From Polyangiales bacterium (lineage in GTDB: Bacteria; Myxococcota_A; Polyangia; Polyangiales; Polyangiaceae), in contig JBBRLQ010000004.1 in the NCBI GenBank assembly GCA_038231275.1, forward strand, positions 96,001 through 160,000: a stretch of 64,000 nt of DNA, read 5' to 3'. How positions within the stretch are numbered: the stretch's first letter is position 1; each line of letters begins with the position of its first letter. This document shows positions 38,713 through 48,022 of the stretch, piece by piece. Both the position numbers and the translations under genes were made by a program. Below the pieces are notes generated by a model, which was not told the DNA's origin, made no database searches, and saw only the letters and a list, made by a program, of their open reading frames with translations.

Positions 38713-39897
38713 CTACAGCGTGGTCGCGATTCCCGTCGGAAGCACGAAGGTCGGAGACGTGATCGACGCCACGGGCGCCGTGCCGGGCCCGTTGGCGTTC
38801 GCCGAATACACGTCGATGCGAGGCGTCCCCGGGTTCGTCAGGAGGTAGATGCGCCCCGTGCTGTCGAGGGTGATGGCCGAGCCAGGCGTGCTCGTCCCTC
38901 CGAAGGTGAACGATCGACTGGGGCGGTCCGTGCCGTTGGCGTTGGGGCCGAAGACGAGGATGCTCCCCGAGCCCACGTCGAGATCGTACAGATTGCCGAG
39001 GGGGTCCACCGTGAGTCGAAACGGTTGGTCCACGATGCCGGGAATCGGCGGTGCACCCGTGATGATCGCCGAGGGTTGCGTCGGGCCACTCGAGTTGCCC
39101 GGGTACTTTCGAATTTCGAGCGGGTTCGTGAAGTACAGCGGATCGCCGGCGACGCCGACGCCGAATCCGCCGCCCGAGGCGTTTCCGAGCGTCGTCACGT
39201 TTTGCACCGGCGCGACGTCGCCGTTGGCCCCCGCCGCGAAGGCGATGATGCCCGAGGGGCTTCCTACGTAGACGCGCCCATCCGACAGGACCCGGATCGC
39301 CGGCACGCCGTTTTGGAGCAGCGTGCTTGGGCCCGTGATGACGCGGATCGGCGTCGCCTGATCGTGGCTGTCCGGCGCAAAGATCTGGATGGCGTTCTTG
39401 GTGGCGTCCGTCTCGACGTCGGCGACGTAGATGTTGCCGGCGCCGTCCAGACCGATGTCGGCGGCGACGTTGATGCGTCGCACGCTGTAGAAGAACTGGC
39501 TCGGCTGCCCGGCGTCGATGCTTCCGCCTCCCGGAAATCCGCGGACGACGCCGCCGAACGCCTGCGTTCCGTCGCTGACGAAGATGCTGGCGAGCGCGGT
39601 CGCGCCGTCGGCTCCGTCCGACGCATCGCTCGCATCGAGGGCGGCGTCTCGCGCGTCCGCGCCCGCGTCGTTCGGCGTCGAGCCGTCATTCGCGTCGACG
39701 CTTCCGTCGGCCGAGGTCGTCGCATCGGCGGCCGGCCCCCCGTCGGTGGAGGATCCATCCGGCGCCGAGGCGTCCGGTGAGCTGGCGGAGTCCGTGCACG
39801 CGATCAGTGCGAATGCGGCGAGGAGCGGCGTCGCGCAGGCGACCCCCATGGCCCGGAAGGAACCGCGTCGGGAACCGCGAAATGAAGGCACTGCCAT
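38713..39897 (-). CDS. Lipoprotein with NHL-like beta-propeller repeats
   Basis: Lipobox LIAC, Asp/Ala/Ser linker, repeats such as DGAGNIYVAD...IQIFAP and DPLGNLY...ILVFGPNANG. Start 39897 or 39849. Confidence 0.75.
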   Translation of the reverse strand: MAVPSFRGSRRGSFRAMGVACATPLLAAFALIACTDSASSPDASAPDGSSTDGGPAADATTSADGSVDANDGSTPNDAGADARDAALDASDASDGADGATALASIFVSDGTQAFGGVVRGFPGGGSIDAGQPSQFFYSVRRINVAADIGLDGAGNIYVADVETDATKNAIQIFAPDSHDQATPIRVITGPSTLLQNGVPAIRVLSDGRVYVGSPSGIIAFAAGANGDVAPVQNVTTLGNASGGGFGVGVAGDPLYFTNPLEIRKYPGNSSGPTQPSAIITGAPPIPGIVDQPFRLTVDPLGNLYDLDVGSGSILVFGPNANGTDRPSRSFTFGGTSTPGSAITLDSTGRIYLLTNPGTPRIDVYSANANGPGTAPVASITSPTFVLPTGIATTL

Positions 39898-40022
39898 GCC
39901 CAAGTCCTTCGCAAAGAGCATACCCACGATTTTCCGCGCCGGGTCCGCCTCTCTCGCCGGTGATCCGTAGAGGAACGAGCAGACCTCGCGCAGCGATGGG
40001 CAGATCCTGCTCAGTCGCTCGG

Positions 40023-41498
40023 TCATTCGATGCAGGTCAGCTGCCCGTTGGCGCGCGCCAGGTGAAAGTCGGGCGCGGGGCAGGAGACCAGGCAACTGTT
40101 GCCCGTGCACTGCTTGTCGATCGTCCTCGGGACGGTGTACGCGCAGCCGCCGGCGCCGCAGGTCCACCGCACGAGCGTATCCGCGTCGACGCCGCTCCCC
40201 GAAGGGGACGCGAGCACGCACGCGCCGGTGAGGTTCACGAGGCCGGCGGCGCATTGGCCCGCGGCGGGGCAGACGCCGTCGTGGCGCGGGCTGCCGTCGG
40301 CGCACGGCGCCGTGCACGCGCCTCGGATGCTGTCGGGGACCAGCCCCGCCTCGCAAGTGAGCTCTCCACGCACGCGCTTCGGGCGACCCCCCGAGTCGGG
40401 GAGCTTCGGCTCGGCGTCGACCACGACGGCCTCGCGCGCCCAGGCTTTCACGGTCGCCTCGTGCATCCACGCGTACCCGCCGTCGCCCCACGACGGGCCC
40501 CAGCTGTTGTGGAGGAGGTAGTACGTCCCATGGGCGAAGCGCACGTAGCCCGCCACGACGACCGCGTGACCCGCGTCGAGACCCGCCTTCGTGTAGTGCG
40601 GAAGGTAACGCGCGCCGACCTTCCCCTTCGGCATGAACGCGTCGGGGAGGAGCAGCGTCAAGATGATGTCCTGCCCCGCGGCGAGCTTCGGCGTCAGCGT
40701 CGCCGCGTCGACGTCTGTCAGGTACTCGACGTGCGTGAGCGTCGCGACGAGCTTGGCTTCGACCTTGTGGCGGTGCGCCTCGCTGACCGGAAGGCCACAG
40801 CCCGCCGCAGGCGGCTTGCCCCTTCCGCCGACTGGGCACGAGATCCAGCCGTTCGCCTCGGTGACGTTCCACGGCCACTCCGCCTCGCCGCCCAGCGAGA
40901 GGCCGAGGTTGCTCACGATCGCGCTCTTCTCGAGCGGCGTCCTGTAACGCGACCAGAGCTGCATCGACGAGACTGCGCTCGCTTTGCCGATCCATCGGAG
41001 GAGCGCGTGATCGATGGCCGTCGCGATCGCGAACGCCGTGCACGCGGGGGAGCTCTTTTGATCGCGAACGGGACCTTCGGAGCCTTCGAGGCGATGATCG
41101 ACCACGGCAGGGAGCGGCGGCAGCGACGCGTGCATCTTGGCGTCAGGGACGATCACGACGGCGCCCGCCTCGCCAACGCCGAACAGGAGCGACGACTTCG
41201 TGCACATCAGCGGCACGAGGCCGGTGCCGCTCCACACGCTGCCGCACGGATGATCGTCGGGCTTACTCCCCGGCGGGGCGACGCCGGGCGCGTCGTGCGC
41301 GGCGAGCTCGGGAAGATCGGGCAGCGCCGGCGCGAGGAGATGCGGCGCGCGGAGGGGCGGCGGCGGGCGGGCGGCGGCGCGATCGACCGACGCAAGCGCA
41401 GCAGGCCCCGCGTCCTCGGGCGCAGCGAAGGGCGCAGTCTTGCACGACGCGGTCATCGCAACGACCAGAGCAGCAAGCGCGCGACGACGAAAGCACAT
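40023..41498 (-). CDS. Papain-like (C1) cysteine peptidase lipoprotein with a Cys-rich tail
   Basis: VRDQ...ACTAFA (Gln/Cys), GHAVVVAGY (His), HNSWGPSWGDGGY (Asn). Start uncertain. Confidence 0.88.
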   Translation of the reverse strand: MCFRRRALAALVVAMTASCKTAPFAAPEDAGPAALASVDRAAARPPPPLRAPHLLAPALPDLPELAAHDAPGVAPPGSKPDDHPCGSVWSGTGLVPLMCTKSSLLFGVGEAGAVVIVPDAKMHASLPPLPAVVDHRLEGSEGPVRDQKSSPACTAFAIATAIDHALLRWIGKASAVSSMQLWSRYRTPLEKSAIVSNLGLSLGGEAEWPWNVTEANGWISCPVGGRGKPPAAGCGLPVSEAHRHKVEAKLVATLTHVEYLTDVDAATLTPKLAAGQDIILTLLLPDAFMPKGKVGARYLPHYTKAGLDAGHAVVVAGYVRFAHGTYYLLHNSWGPSWGDGGYAWMHEATVKAWAREAVVVDAEPKLPDSGGRPKRVRGELTCEAGLVPDSIRGACTAPCADGSPRHDGVCPAAGQCAAGLVNLTGACVLASPSGSGVDADTLVRWTCGAGGCAYTVPRTIDKQCTGNSCLVSCPAPDFHLARANGQLTCIE

Positions 41499-41609
41499 GG
41501 GCGCCGCAGAGTGCGCCATCGAGAAGGGGCGACGCAACGGCAGAGGTGACGAACGCCCCCAAAGCGCCGTACCCTGATCGCCGGGCACCAGAAATGCCCG
41601 GGAGGATCC

Positions 41610-42302
41610 ATGAAACGAGTCCTGGCTGCGCTCGCGTTCCTTGGCACTGTTGGGCTCGCTCCGTCGATCGCGTTGGCGCAGGCTGCGACGCCCCTACCGC
41701 CCCCGCCGCCTCCGCCCCCCAGCGATCCGAGCACGGCGCCCGCCGTCGTTCCCGCGAAGCCGCCGCCGCCCGTCCAGTACCAGCCGACGGGCCAAGGCCA
41801 GGGTCAGGGTCAGGGTCAGGCGCAAGGAAACGGCGAGGAGAAGCAGATCCGAAAGGCCGAGAACGCCGTCTTCCTCGAGCTCGGCGACAACGGGCTCGTC
41901 TACTCGATCAACTACGAGCGCATTTTCGGCGACTCCGACTTCAGCGTGCGCGTCGGCCTCAGCTACATCTCACTCGGCGCGAGCAGCGGATCGGCGAGCT
42001 CGAAGGTCTCGATGCTCACGTTCCCCGTCCTCGCGAACTACTACGGCATCGGCAGCCGTGACCACAAGCTTCAGCTCGGCGCCGGCCTCACCTTCATCTC
42101 GCTCAGCGGCACGAGCTCCAACGACAGCTCGTTCGTCTCCGCGACCGGCTTCGTGCCCGCGCCGACGCTTGCCATCGGGTACCGGTACCTGCCGGCCAAA
42201 GGCGGCTTCACGTTCTTCATCGGCTTCACGCCGTTCATCATCCCGGGCGGCGGCAAGGTCCTCTTCCCGTGGGCCGGCATGAGCTTCGGCGGTGTGTTCT
42301 GA
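41610..42302 (+). CDS. Outer-membrane beta-barrel protein
   Basis: Signal peptide, Pro-rich linker, amphipathic strands (YSINYERIF, IGYRY), terminal F. Confidence 0.75.
   Translation: MKRVLAALAFLGTVGLAPSIALAQAATPLPPPPPPPPSDPSTAPAVVPAKPPPPVQYQPTGQGQGQGQGQAQGNGEEKQIRKAENAVFLELGDNGLVYSINYERIFGDSDFSVRVGLSYISLGASSGSASSKVSMLTFPVLANYYGIGSRDHKLQLGAGLTFISLSGTSSNDSSFVSATGFVPAPTLAIGYRYLPAKGGFTFFIGFTPFIIPGGGKVLFPWAGMSFGGVF
41799..41820 (+). repeat. In-frame 6-bp tandem repeat (CAGGGT)x3+ encoding a GQ tract
   Basis: cagggtcagggtcagggtcagg. Confidence 0.7.
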
Positions 42303-42328
42303 ATCAGCGCGAAGGCGCCGATTCAGAA
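42297..42328. terminator. Hairpin between convergent genes, possible terminator
   Basis: TTCTGAATC.GCGC-GAAG-GCGC.GATTCAGAA; no clear U-tract. Confidence 0.4.
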
Positions 42329-42423
42329 AACTTACTGCGTGTGGTGGGCCTGCGGCCCCTCCGTCGCCCGGCGACGGAGCCTCCCCGCCTTGCCTTCGGC
42401 AAAGCGCGCTTTGCGCGCGCTGA

Positions 42424-43629
42424 TCACGAGGCGGACAGGACGCTGTCGAGGAACCAGGTTCGCATTTCGCCTTTGCCTTTCACGGCGATCGTGCCGCGCT
42501 CGGTGAGATGGAAGTGTGCGGCGAGAAGGTCGCGGGTCGTTTCGGTGACTTGAATTTTGCCGGGCTCGCTGTGCGACTCCATGCGGCTCGCGGTGTTCAC
42601 GGTGTCGCCCCACAAATCGTAGGAGAATTTGCGGGTGCCGATGACGCCGGCGACGACGGGGCCGGAGTGGATGCCGATGCGGAGGCCGAGCTTCTCGCCG
42701 GCGACGGGCGGGCGGCGCTCCATGACCTCGCGCATCTCGAGGGCCATCTTCGCGACGGCCTCCGCGTGATCGTCGCGCGGCATTGGAAGGCCACCGACGA
42801 GCATGTACGCGTCGCCGATCGTTTTGATCTTCTCGAGGCCGTATTTCTCGGCGAGCGCGTCGAACTCCGAGAAGATCTCGTTCAGGAGGACGATGAGCTC
42901 GCCGGTCGGGATGCGCGCCGAGAGCTTCGTGAAGCCGACGAGATCGGCGAAGAGCACCGTGACGCCCGCGAACGAGTCGACGATCGTTGCGGCGCCATCC
43001 TTCAGGCGCGCGGCGATCGGCGCCGGCAGGACGTTGAGGAGGAGCTTCTCCGATCGGTCGCGCTCGTGCTCGGCGGCGCGCTCGGCACGGTCGGCGACGT
43101 TCGCGAACCAGATCACCACGCCGGTCTGGCCGACGAGCGCGCCGCACACGTTGGCCACCGCGAGGAGCGAGAGGGCCGCGTCACTCACCTCGACGACGGG
43201 GCGATGGCCCTGGCTGACGACGAACACGACGGGACCGAATACGAGCGGCAACGCGGTCGCGACGCGGCGATCCCACTGCTCCGTCGGATCGAACGCGAGG
43301 TAGGCGCCGCCCGCCATCACGACGAAATAGATCCAGTAGAGCGCGGCGGGGCCCCACACCCAGACCATGAGCGAGATGTGGCTCAGGATCTCCAGGTACG
43401 CGAGCCATCCGCCGATGCGCGAGCGGCCGCGGACGACGAGCCACGCGACGACGACGAAGACGAAGACGGCGGCGATCGACGCCATCGCCAGCGATGGATG
43501 GCCGAGCCATACGAAGCCGAGCGCCTGCACGAGGTGCCCGGAGCCGGCGATCAGCGCGACGGCGAGCCGAACCTGGTTCGACTTGCTCTGCGAGGGCAGC
43601 GACGCGAGGAGGCGCGATCGAGTGCTCAC
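42424..43629 (-). CDS. Membrane-bound class III adenylate cyclase
   Basis: About 6 TM segments; FADLVGFT, KIKTIGDAY, YDLWGDTVNTASRMES (ATP-specifying K and D, catalytic N and R intact). Start inferred. Confidence 0.9.
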   Translation of the reverse strand: MSTRSRLLASLPSQSKSNQVRLAVALIAGSGHLVQALGFVWLGHPSLAMASIAAVFVFVVVAWLVVRGRSRIGGWLAYLEILSHISLMVWVWGPAALYWIYFVVMAGGAYLAFDPTEQWDRRVATALPLVFGPVVFVVSQGHRPVVEVSDAALSLLAVANVCGALVGQTGVVIWFANVADRAERAAEHERDRSEKLLLNVLPAPIAARLKDGAATIVDSFAGVTVLFADLVGFTKLSARIPTGELIVLLNEIFSEFDALAEKYGLEKIKTIGDAYMLVGGLPMPRDDHAEAVAKMALEMREVMERRPPVAGEKLGLRIGIHSGPVVAGVIGTRKFSYDLWGDTVNTASRMESHSEPGKIQVTETTRDLLAAHFHLTERGTIAVKGKGEMRTWFLDSVLSAS

Positions 43630-43652
43630 GACGGGATCGCGCGAGCCGGCGA

Positions 43653-44516
43653 TCAGCGCCGCGCCATGAAGGCAGTCTGGAGCATCCCTTGGTCGTAGCC
43701 GGCAGGGACCGCGCCGCTGGTGGCCCACTGGTAGAGCACGGTCTTCCAGACGGTGCTGACGACGCCGAAGACCAAGCTGACCGCGAGGAGGCCCAGCACG
43801 CCGACGCCCACGAGCGCGAAGCCGCCGGCGGGCACCTGCTGCACGAGCGCGACGCCTCCGACGATGAGCGCGATGAACGGCAACGCGCACACGAACGACG
43901 CGAGCCCGACGCCGTAAAACCGAATGAGCGACTCGCCCCAGGTGCGCTTCAGCGTGGCGAGCGAGTCCTTGATCGCGTCGAACGGGCCGAGATCGCGGTA
44001 GACCATCGCCGGCACGACGAAAACCGTGGTGACGCTCCAGGCGGTGGCGAGGATGGCGCGCAAGATCATGAGGAGGATCTTGCCGACGAGCCCCGAGCGC
44101 TCGGCCATCGAGTCGAGCATGCGCAGGAGAATCCCGACGGTCGCGGACACGAGGCTCCAGCCGGCGATGAGGTGAATCCGCGAGAGCGCGAACTTGACGC
44201 TATCCATGAACGTCGCGTCGCCGCCCGAGAGGCGCACGCGCGTGGTGTAGACGACGCAGACGTTGAAGAACGTCGCGATGAAGGCGAGGCCGAAGTACGT
44301 CACGAAGAGCACGACGTACTGGAGCGGCCCGACGACCAGACGATCGCCGCCCGCCTGCTCGGCGAGGTTCAGCACGAACGTGGGGACGATCAGCGCCGCC
44401 GAGAAGATCAGCGAGAACAACCCCGCGAGAATGGGGAACCAGAGCATCTCCGAGTCCTTGCGGATGATGGAAAAGCTCGTTTGCGTGATCGACCAACTGC
44501 GACTCCAAGCACCCAT
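43653..44516 (-). CDS. Multi-pass membrane protein (DUF6159-like)
   Basis: WSVTTVFVVPAMV...GPFDAIKDSLATLKRTWGE; several TM segments. Confidence 0.75.
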   Translation of the reverse strand: MGAWSRSWSITQTSFSIIRKDSEMLWFPILAGLFSLIFSAALIVPTFVLNLAEQAGGDRLVVGPLQYVVLFVTYFGLAFIATFFNVCVVYTTRVRLSGGDATFMDSVKFALSRIHLIAGWSLVSATVGILLRMLDSMAERSGLVGKILLMILRAILATAWSVTTVFVVPAMVYRDLGPFDAIKDSLATLKRTWGESLIRFYGVGLASFVCALPFIALIVGGVALVQQVPAGGFALVGVGVLGLLAVSLVFGVVSTVWKTVLYQWATSGAVPAGYDQGMLQTAFMARR

Positions 44517-44531
44517 GCGATCGCCCCCTTT

Positions 44532-45728
44532 TCACCGACGCCGTTTTTGCTCTCTCACGCGCAGAATGTGGTTCCCCAGCGCCTCGACCTTCTTTTCCCA
44601 CGTCTCCGCGAGCATCGCTTGGCTGCGCTTCTTTCGCGCGCCGGGCGTGTCGGCGACGAGGGCCTTCTCGCAAAGCGCGAGGAGCTCGTCGTGCGTCCTG
44701 TAGACGCCGCAGCCGAGCGCGCCTTCTTTTTCGCCGAACTCGTAGTCCGCGTAGTGGCGCACTTCGGGGATGTCGCTCGAGACGACGGGGAGTCCCGCGC
44801 TGAAATACTCGCGCAGCTTGATCGGGTTTACGTTGCGCGTGAGCTCGTTCAGGCGGAACGGGATGAGGCCGATGTCGAACCGCTTCATGTACGGCGGCAG
44901 CTCGGCGTACGCCTTGCGGCCGAGCAGGCGGATGTTCGGCTTGTTCAAGTGCGAGACGTCGACGAGCGACTTGCCGATGACCACGAACGTCCAGTCCGGC
45001 TTCTTCTCGGCGAGGTACGCGATCGCGTCGGTGTCGACCCAGTCCTGGATGAGGCCGACGAAGCCGATGACCGGCCCCTTGATGTCACGAACCTCGGGGG
45101 CGAGCTCGGTCTTCGGATCGAGCGCCTGCGCGAAATGCGCGACGTCGACGCCGTGAGAGGCGAGGTGCGTCTCGGGGTTATACTGTTTTTTCCGCTCGAG
45201 CAGCGTCTTGGCGGTCGTGAAGACGATGTCCGCGCGCTCGCAGAGCTCCTTCTCCATCGCGACGATCTTCGGGCCGTCGACGTAGCTGAAGTGGCTCCAC
45301 TCGTCGGTGCAGTAGTAGACGACGAACGACTCGCCGAGCTTGCCGACGTATTTCACCGCGGTCGGGATGAAGCTCCAGAGCTGAAAGTCCTTCCCCATGC
45401 CGTATTTCTTGCGGAGCAGGCTCACCGAGCCGCGCAAAATCTGGCCGTTGGCGGTCGTCGCCGCGCGACTATGGGGAAACGGCAGGACGATCGGCGTGTA
45501 GACGTGAAGGCCCGCCTCGACGTCGATCGGCCCCTTCGCGAAGCCCTTCAGCTTCTTGGCGATCTTGCCGAGGTCGCGGCCGCTCTTGAAGTCGGGCGTG
45601 CGCGTCGAGATCGAGTTGAGCCAGACGACCTGGTTGTCCCGGCCCAGCATCTTCATCACGTGGTTGTTGCTCGTCGGGTCTTCGCTCCAGTCCTTCGCGA
45701 AGCAGACGATGCTCTCACCGTGCATCAT
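44532..45728 (-). CDS. GT4-like glycosyltransferase
   Basis: VYYCTDEW, HGVDVAHF, IGFVGLIQDWVD, NPIKLREYFSAGLPVVS. Confidence 0.9.
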   Translation of the reverse strand: MMHGESIVCFAKDWSEDPTSNNHVMKMLGRDNQVVWLNSISTRTPDFKSGRDLGKIAKKLKGFAKGPIDVEAGLHVYTPIVLPFPHSRAATTANGQILRGSVSLLRKKYGMGKDFQLWSFIPTAVKYVGKLGESFVVYYCTDEWSHFSYVDGPKIVAMEKELCERADIVFTTAKTLLERKKQYNPETHLASHGVDVAHFAQALDPKTELAPEVRDIKGPVIGFVGLIQDWVDTDAIAYLAEKKPDWTFVVIGKSLVDVSHLNKPNIRLLGRKAYAELPPYMKRFDIGLIPFRLNELTRNVNPIKLREYFSAGLPVVSSDIPEVRHYADYEFGEKEGALGCGVYRTHDELLALCEKALVADTPGARKKRSQAMLAETWEKKVEALGNHILRVREQKRRR

Positions 45729-46789
45729 GGGCGCGCGAGACTACCAAAGACGCCGCCGCCGATCTTCACTTTGGCTTCGGCGCGCTTCAGGGCTTGTTCC
45801 ACGAGGCGCCGCGCCTTGTGGCGGGCGAGGCCAGAGGGGTACTCGGCGGTGACCGCGCCGCGGGCGGCGGGCTTCTCGCGGCCGTCCTTGATCCGCGCGG
45901 CGAGGGCGCCGGCGGTGTCGACCTCGAAGAGATCGCTCCGTCGCGCGAGGAAGCGGCTGAGGCCGCGCAGGCGCAGCAGGTTGATCGAGTTGACGCGCCC
46001 GAGGCGCTCCATTGGATCGTCGATGTGGCAGAGCTCGAACGAGTGGGTCACGAGCATGACCTCGCCGATGCCGCGCGCGTGCGCCTCGAAGAGGTAGCGC
46101 TTGGTCTCCTCGAGCGACACCGCCGTGATCTGGAGGTGACGGAAGCCGCCGCCGACGTCCTTGAAGTTGGAGATCGGCACCTCCCAGACTCCCGGAACGG
46201 CTTCGAAGAGGCCTGGCGGGCTCCCGTCGAAACGCATCTTGCAGTTCTTGTCGAAGTAGCAAGGGTTGTAGTTGCTGGAGACGACGAGCCCGGCCTTCGC
46301 CATCGCGGCCCACGTCGCGTTGTTCGCGCCGAAATTCCCGGCGCGGAAGCTGAGGACGTCGCCCTTCGGCACGCCGCACGACTCGAGGATGTCGATGCCC
46401 TCGCGGAGGAGCTCCACTTGCCGCGCGTCGTCGTAGGCGCCGATGTCGTCCGGCGCCGGCGGCACACCGCGCGTGCGAAAATCGGCGACGCGCTGGACCG
46501 GGTGCGTGTGGAGCTGCACGTCGTGCCCACGTGCGAGCATCGCGCGGACCGCCTCTTCGAGCGCAGGCTTGCCGAAATGATGCGAGCCGAAGACCTCGGT
46601 GTAAAACGTCCCGCGGTGCCCCTGCGCCTCGAGCTCGCGCATGATGAGGCCGATGCCGAGATCGCGCTTCTGGTTCTTGAAACGCCCCCACACGCGCACG
46701 TCGTACCCCTGGGCGGGGATCTCGCGTCCGGCGATCGTTCGCTCCTCGGCGCACTCGGTGTCGATCGTGATGTAGACGCGGGTCCTCAT
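45725..46789 (-). CDS. Polysaccharide deacetylase-like (CE4 superfamily) protein
   Basis: ITIDTE, GTFY, GHDVQLHTHP, SFRAGNF, EVPIS, THSFE; ATGA overlap with the GT gene. Confidence 0.82.
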   Translation of the reverse strand: MRTRVYITIDTECAEERTIAGREIPAQGYDVRVWGRFKNQKRDLGIGLIMRELEAQGHRGTFYTEVFGSHHFGKPALEEAVRAMLARGHDVQLHTHPVQRVADFRTRGVPPAPDDIGAYDDARQVELLREGIDILESCGVPKGDVLSFRAGNFGANNATWAAMAKAGLVVSSNYNPCYFDKNCKMRFDGSPPGLFEAVPGVWEVPISNFKDVGGGFRHLQITAVSLEETKRYLFEAHARGIGEVMLVTHSFELCHIDDPMERLGRVNSINLLRLRGLSRFLARRSDLFEVDTAGALAARIKDGREKPAARGAVTAEYPSGLARHKARRLVEQALKRAEAKVKIGGGVFGSLARP

Positions 46790-46794
46790 TTCAC

Positions 46795-47931
46795 TCACGC
46801 GGCGAAGATACCGGTCAGGATCTCGTCGATGCGCTCGGCGCTCTTGCCGTCCCAGAAGCGCGGGATTTTGGGGGCGGCGGACGATTTCGCGCGGACGTTC
46901 GCGTAGGCGGCGAGGATGGCCTCGCGGCGCGTGCCGGCGAGGACGTTGGTGCCCTCCGAGATCGTGACCGGCCGCTCGGTGTTGTCGCGGAGCGTGATGC
47001 ACGGGACGCCCAGGACCGTCGTCTCCTCCTGGATGCCGCCGGAGTCGGTGAGGACGACCTTCGCGCTCGCGGTGAGCTTCAAGAAATCCATGTAGCCGAT
47101 CGGATCGGTGAGCTTCCACCGCGCCGGATCGAGCTGGATGCCGCTCGCCTGGAGGCGCCCGCGCGTGCGCGGATGGACCGGGAAGAGCACCGGCTGGTCC
47201 TTGGCGACGACGTCGATCGTGTCGAGCAGCGCCTTCAGCGCCTGCGTGTCGTCGACGTTGCTCGGGCGATGGAGCGTGAGGAGCGCGTAGCCCTTCTCTT
47301 TCACGCCCAGCTCCTCCAGGATTTTGCTCTTCATCGCCTGATCCTTGGCGGCGAGGAGCGTGTCGATCATCACGTTGCCGACGAAGAAGTAGCGGCTCTC
47401 GTGGACGCCCTCTTTTTTCAGGTTTTCCATGCCTGCGGGGTCCGACACGAAGAGCAGATCGCTGATCGAATCGGTCAGGATGCGGTTGATCTCTTCGGGC
47501 ATGTCCCAGTCGAAGCTGCGGAGGCCCGCCTCGACGTGGATCATGATCGGGCGACGCCGCTCGCCGAGCTTCGACGCGAAGGGCTTTTTCAAGGCGAATT
47601 TGGCGGTGACGATCGCGCAGCCGATCGTGGAGTTCACGTCGCCGACGACCAGGACCGCTTGAGGTTGCTCCTGCTCGAGGACCGGCTCGAAGCGCTTGAT
47701 GATTTCGGCGGTTTGGGCGGCGTGGGAGCCGGAGCCGACCTCCAGCTCGATGTCGGGGCGCGGGATCTTGAGGTCGTCGAAAAATACTTTCGAGAGCTTC
47801 TCGTCGTAGTGCTGGCCGGTGTGAACGAGCTTGGCGTCGAAGGCGGGGTTCTTGCGGAGGACCCGCATCAGCGGCGCGATCTTCATGAAGTTGGGCCGCG
47901 CGCCGGCCACGCAGAGGATCTTCGAGGACAT
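46795..47931 (-). CDS. wecB: UDP-N-acetylglucosamine 2-epimerase (non-hydrolysing)
   Basis: GARPNFMK, HTGQHYD, GDVNST, HVEAGLRS, MPEEINR, TDSGGIQEE, TERP. Confidence 0.95.
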   Translation of the reverse strand: MSSKILCVAGARPNFMKIAPLMRVLRKNPAFDAKLVHTGQHYDEKLSKVFFDDLKIPRPDIELEVGSGSHAAQTAEIIKRFEPVLEQEQPQAVLVVGDVNSTIGCAIVTAKFALKKPFASKLGERRRPIMIHVEAGLRSFDWDMPEEINRILTDSISDLLFVSDPAGMENLKKEGVHESRYFFVGNVMIDTLLAAKDQAMKSKILEELGVKEKGYALLTLHRPSNVDDTQALKALLDTIDVVAKDQPVLFPVHPRTRGRLQASGIQLDPARWKLTDPIGYMDFLKLTASAKVVLTDSGGIQEETTVLGVPCITLRDNTERPVTISEGTNVLAGTRREAILAAYANVRAKSSAAPKIPRFWDGKSAERIDEILTGIFAA

Positions 47932-48022
47932 GTGGGCGAGCTTACCCCGCCTGGACGGTCCATTTGACGCGTCTCATTTTCGTACGAGACGTTTTTGGGA
48001 GTTGCGGGTAAGCTTTCAATCC

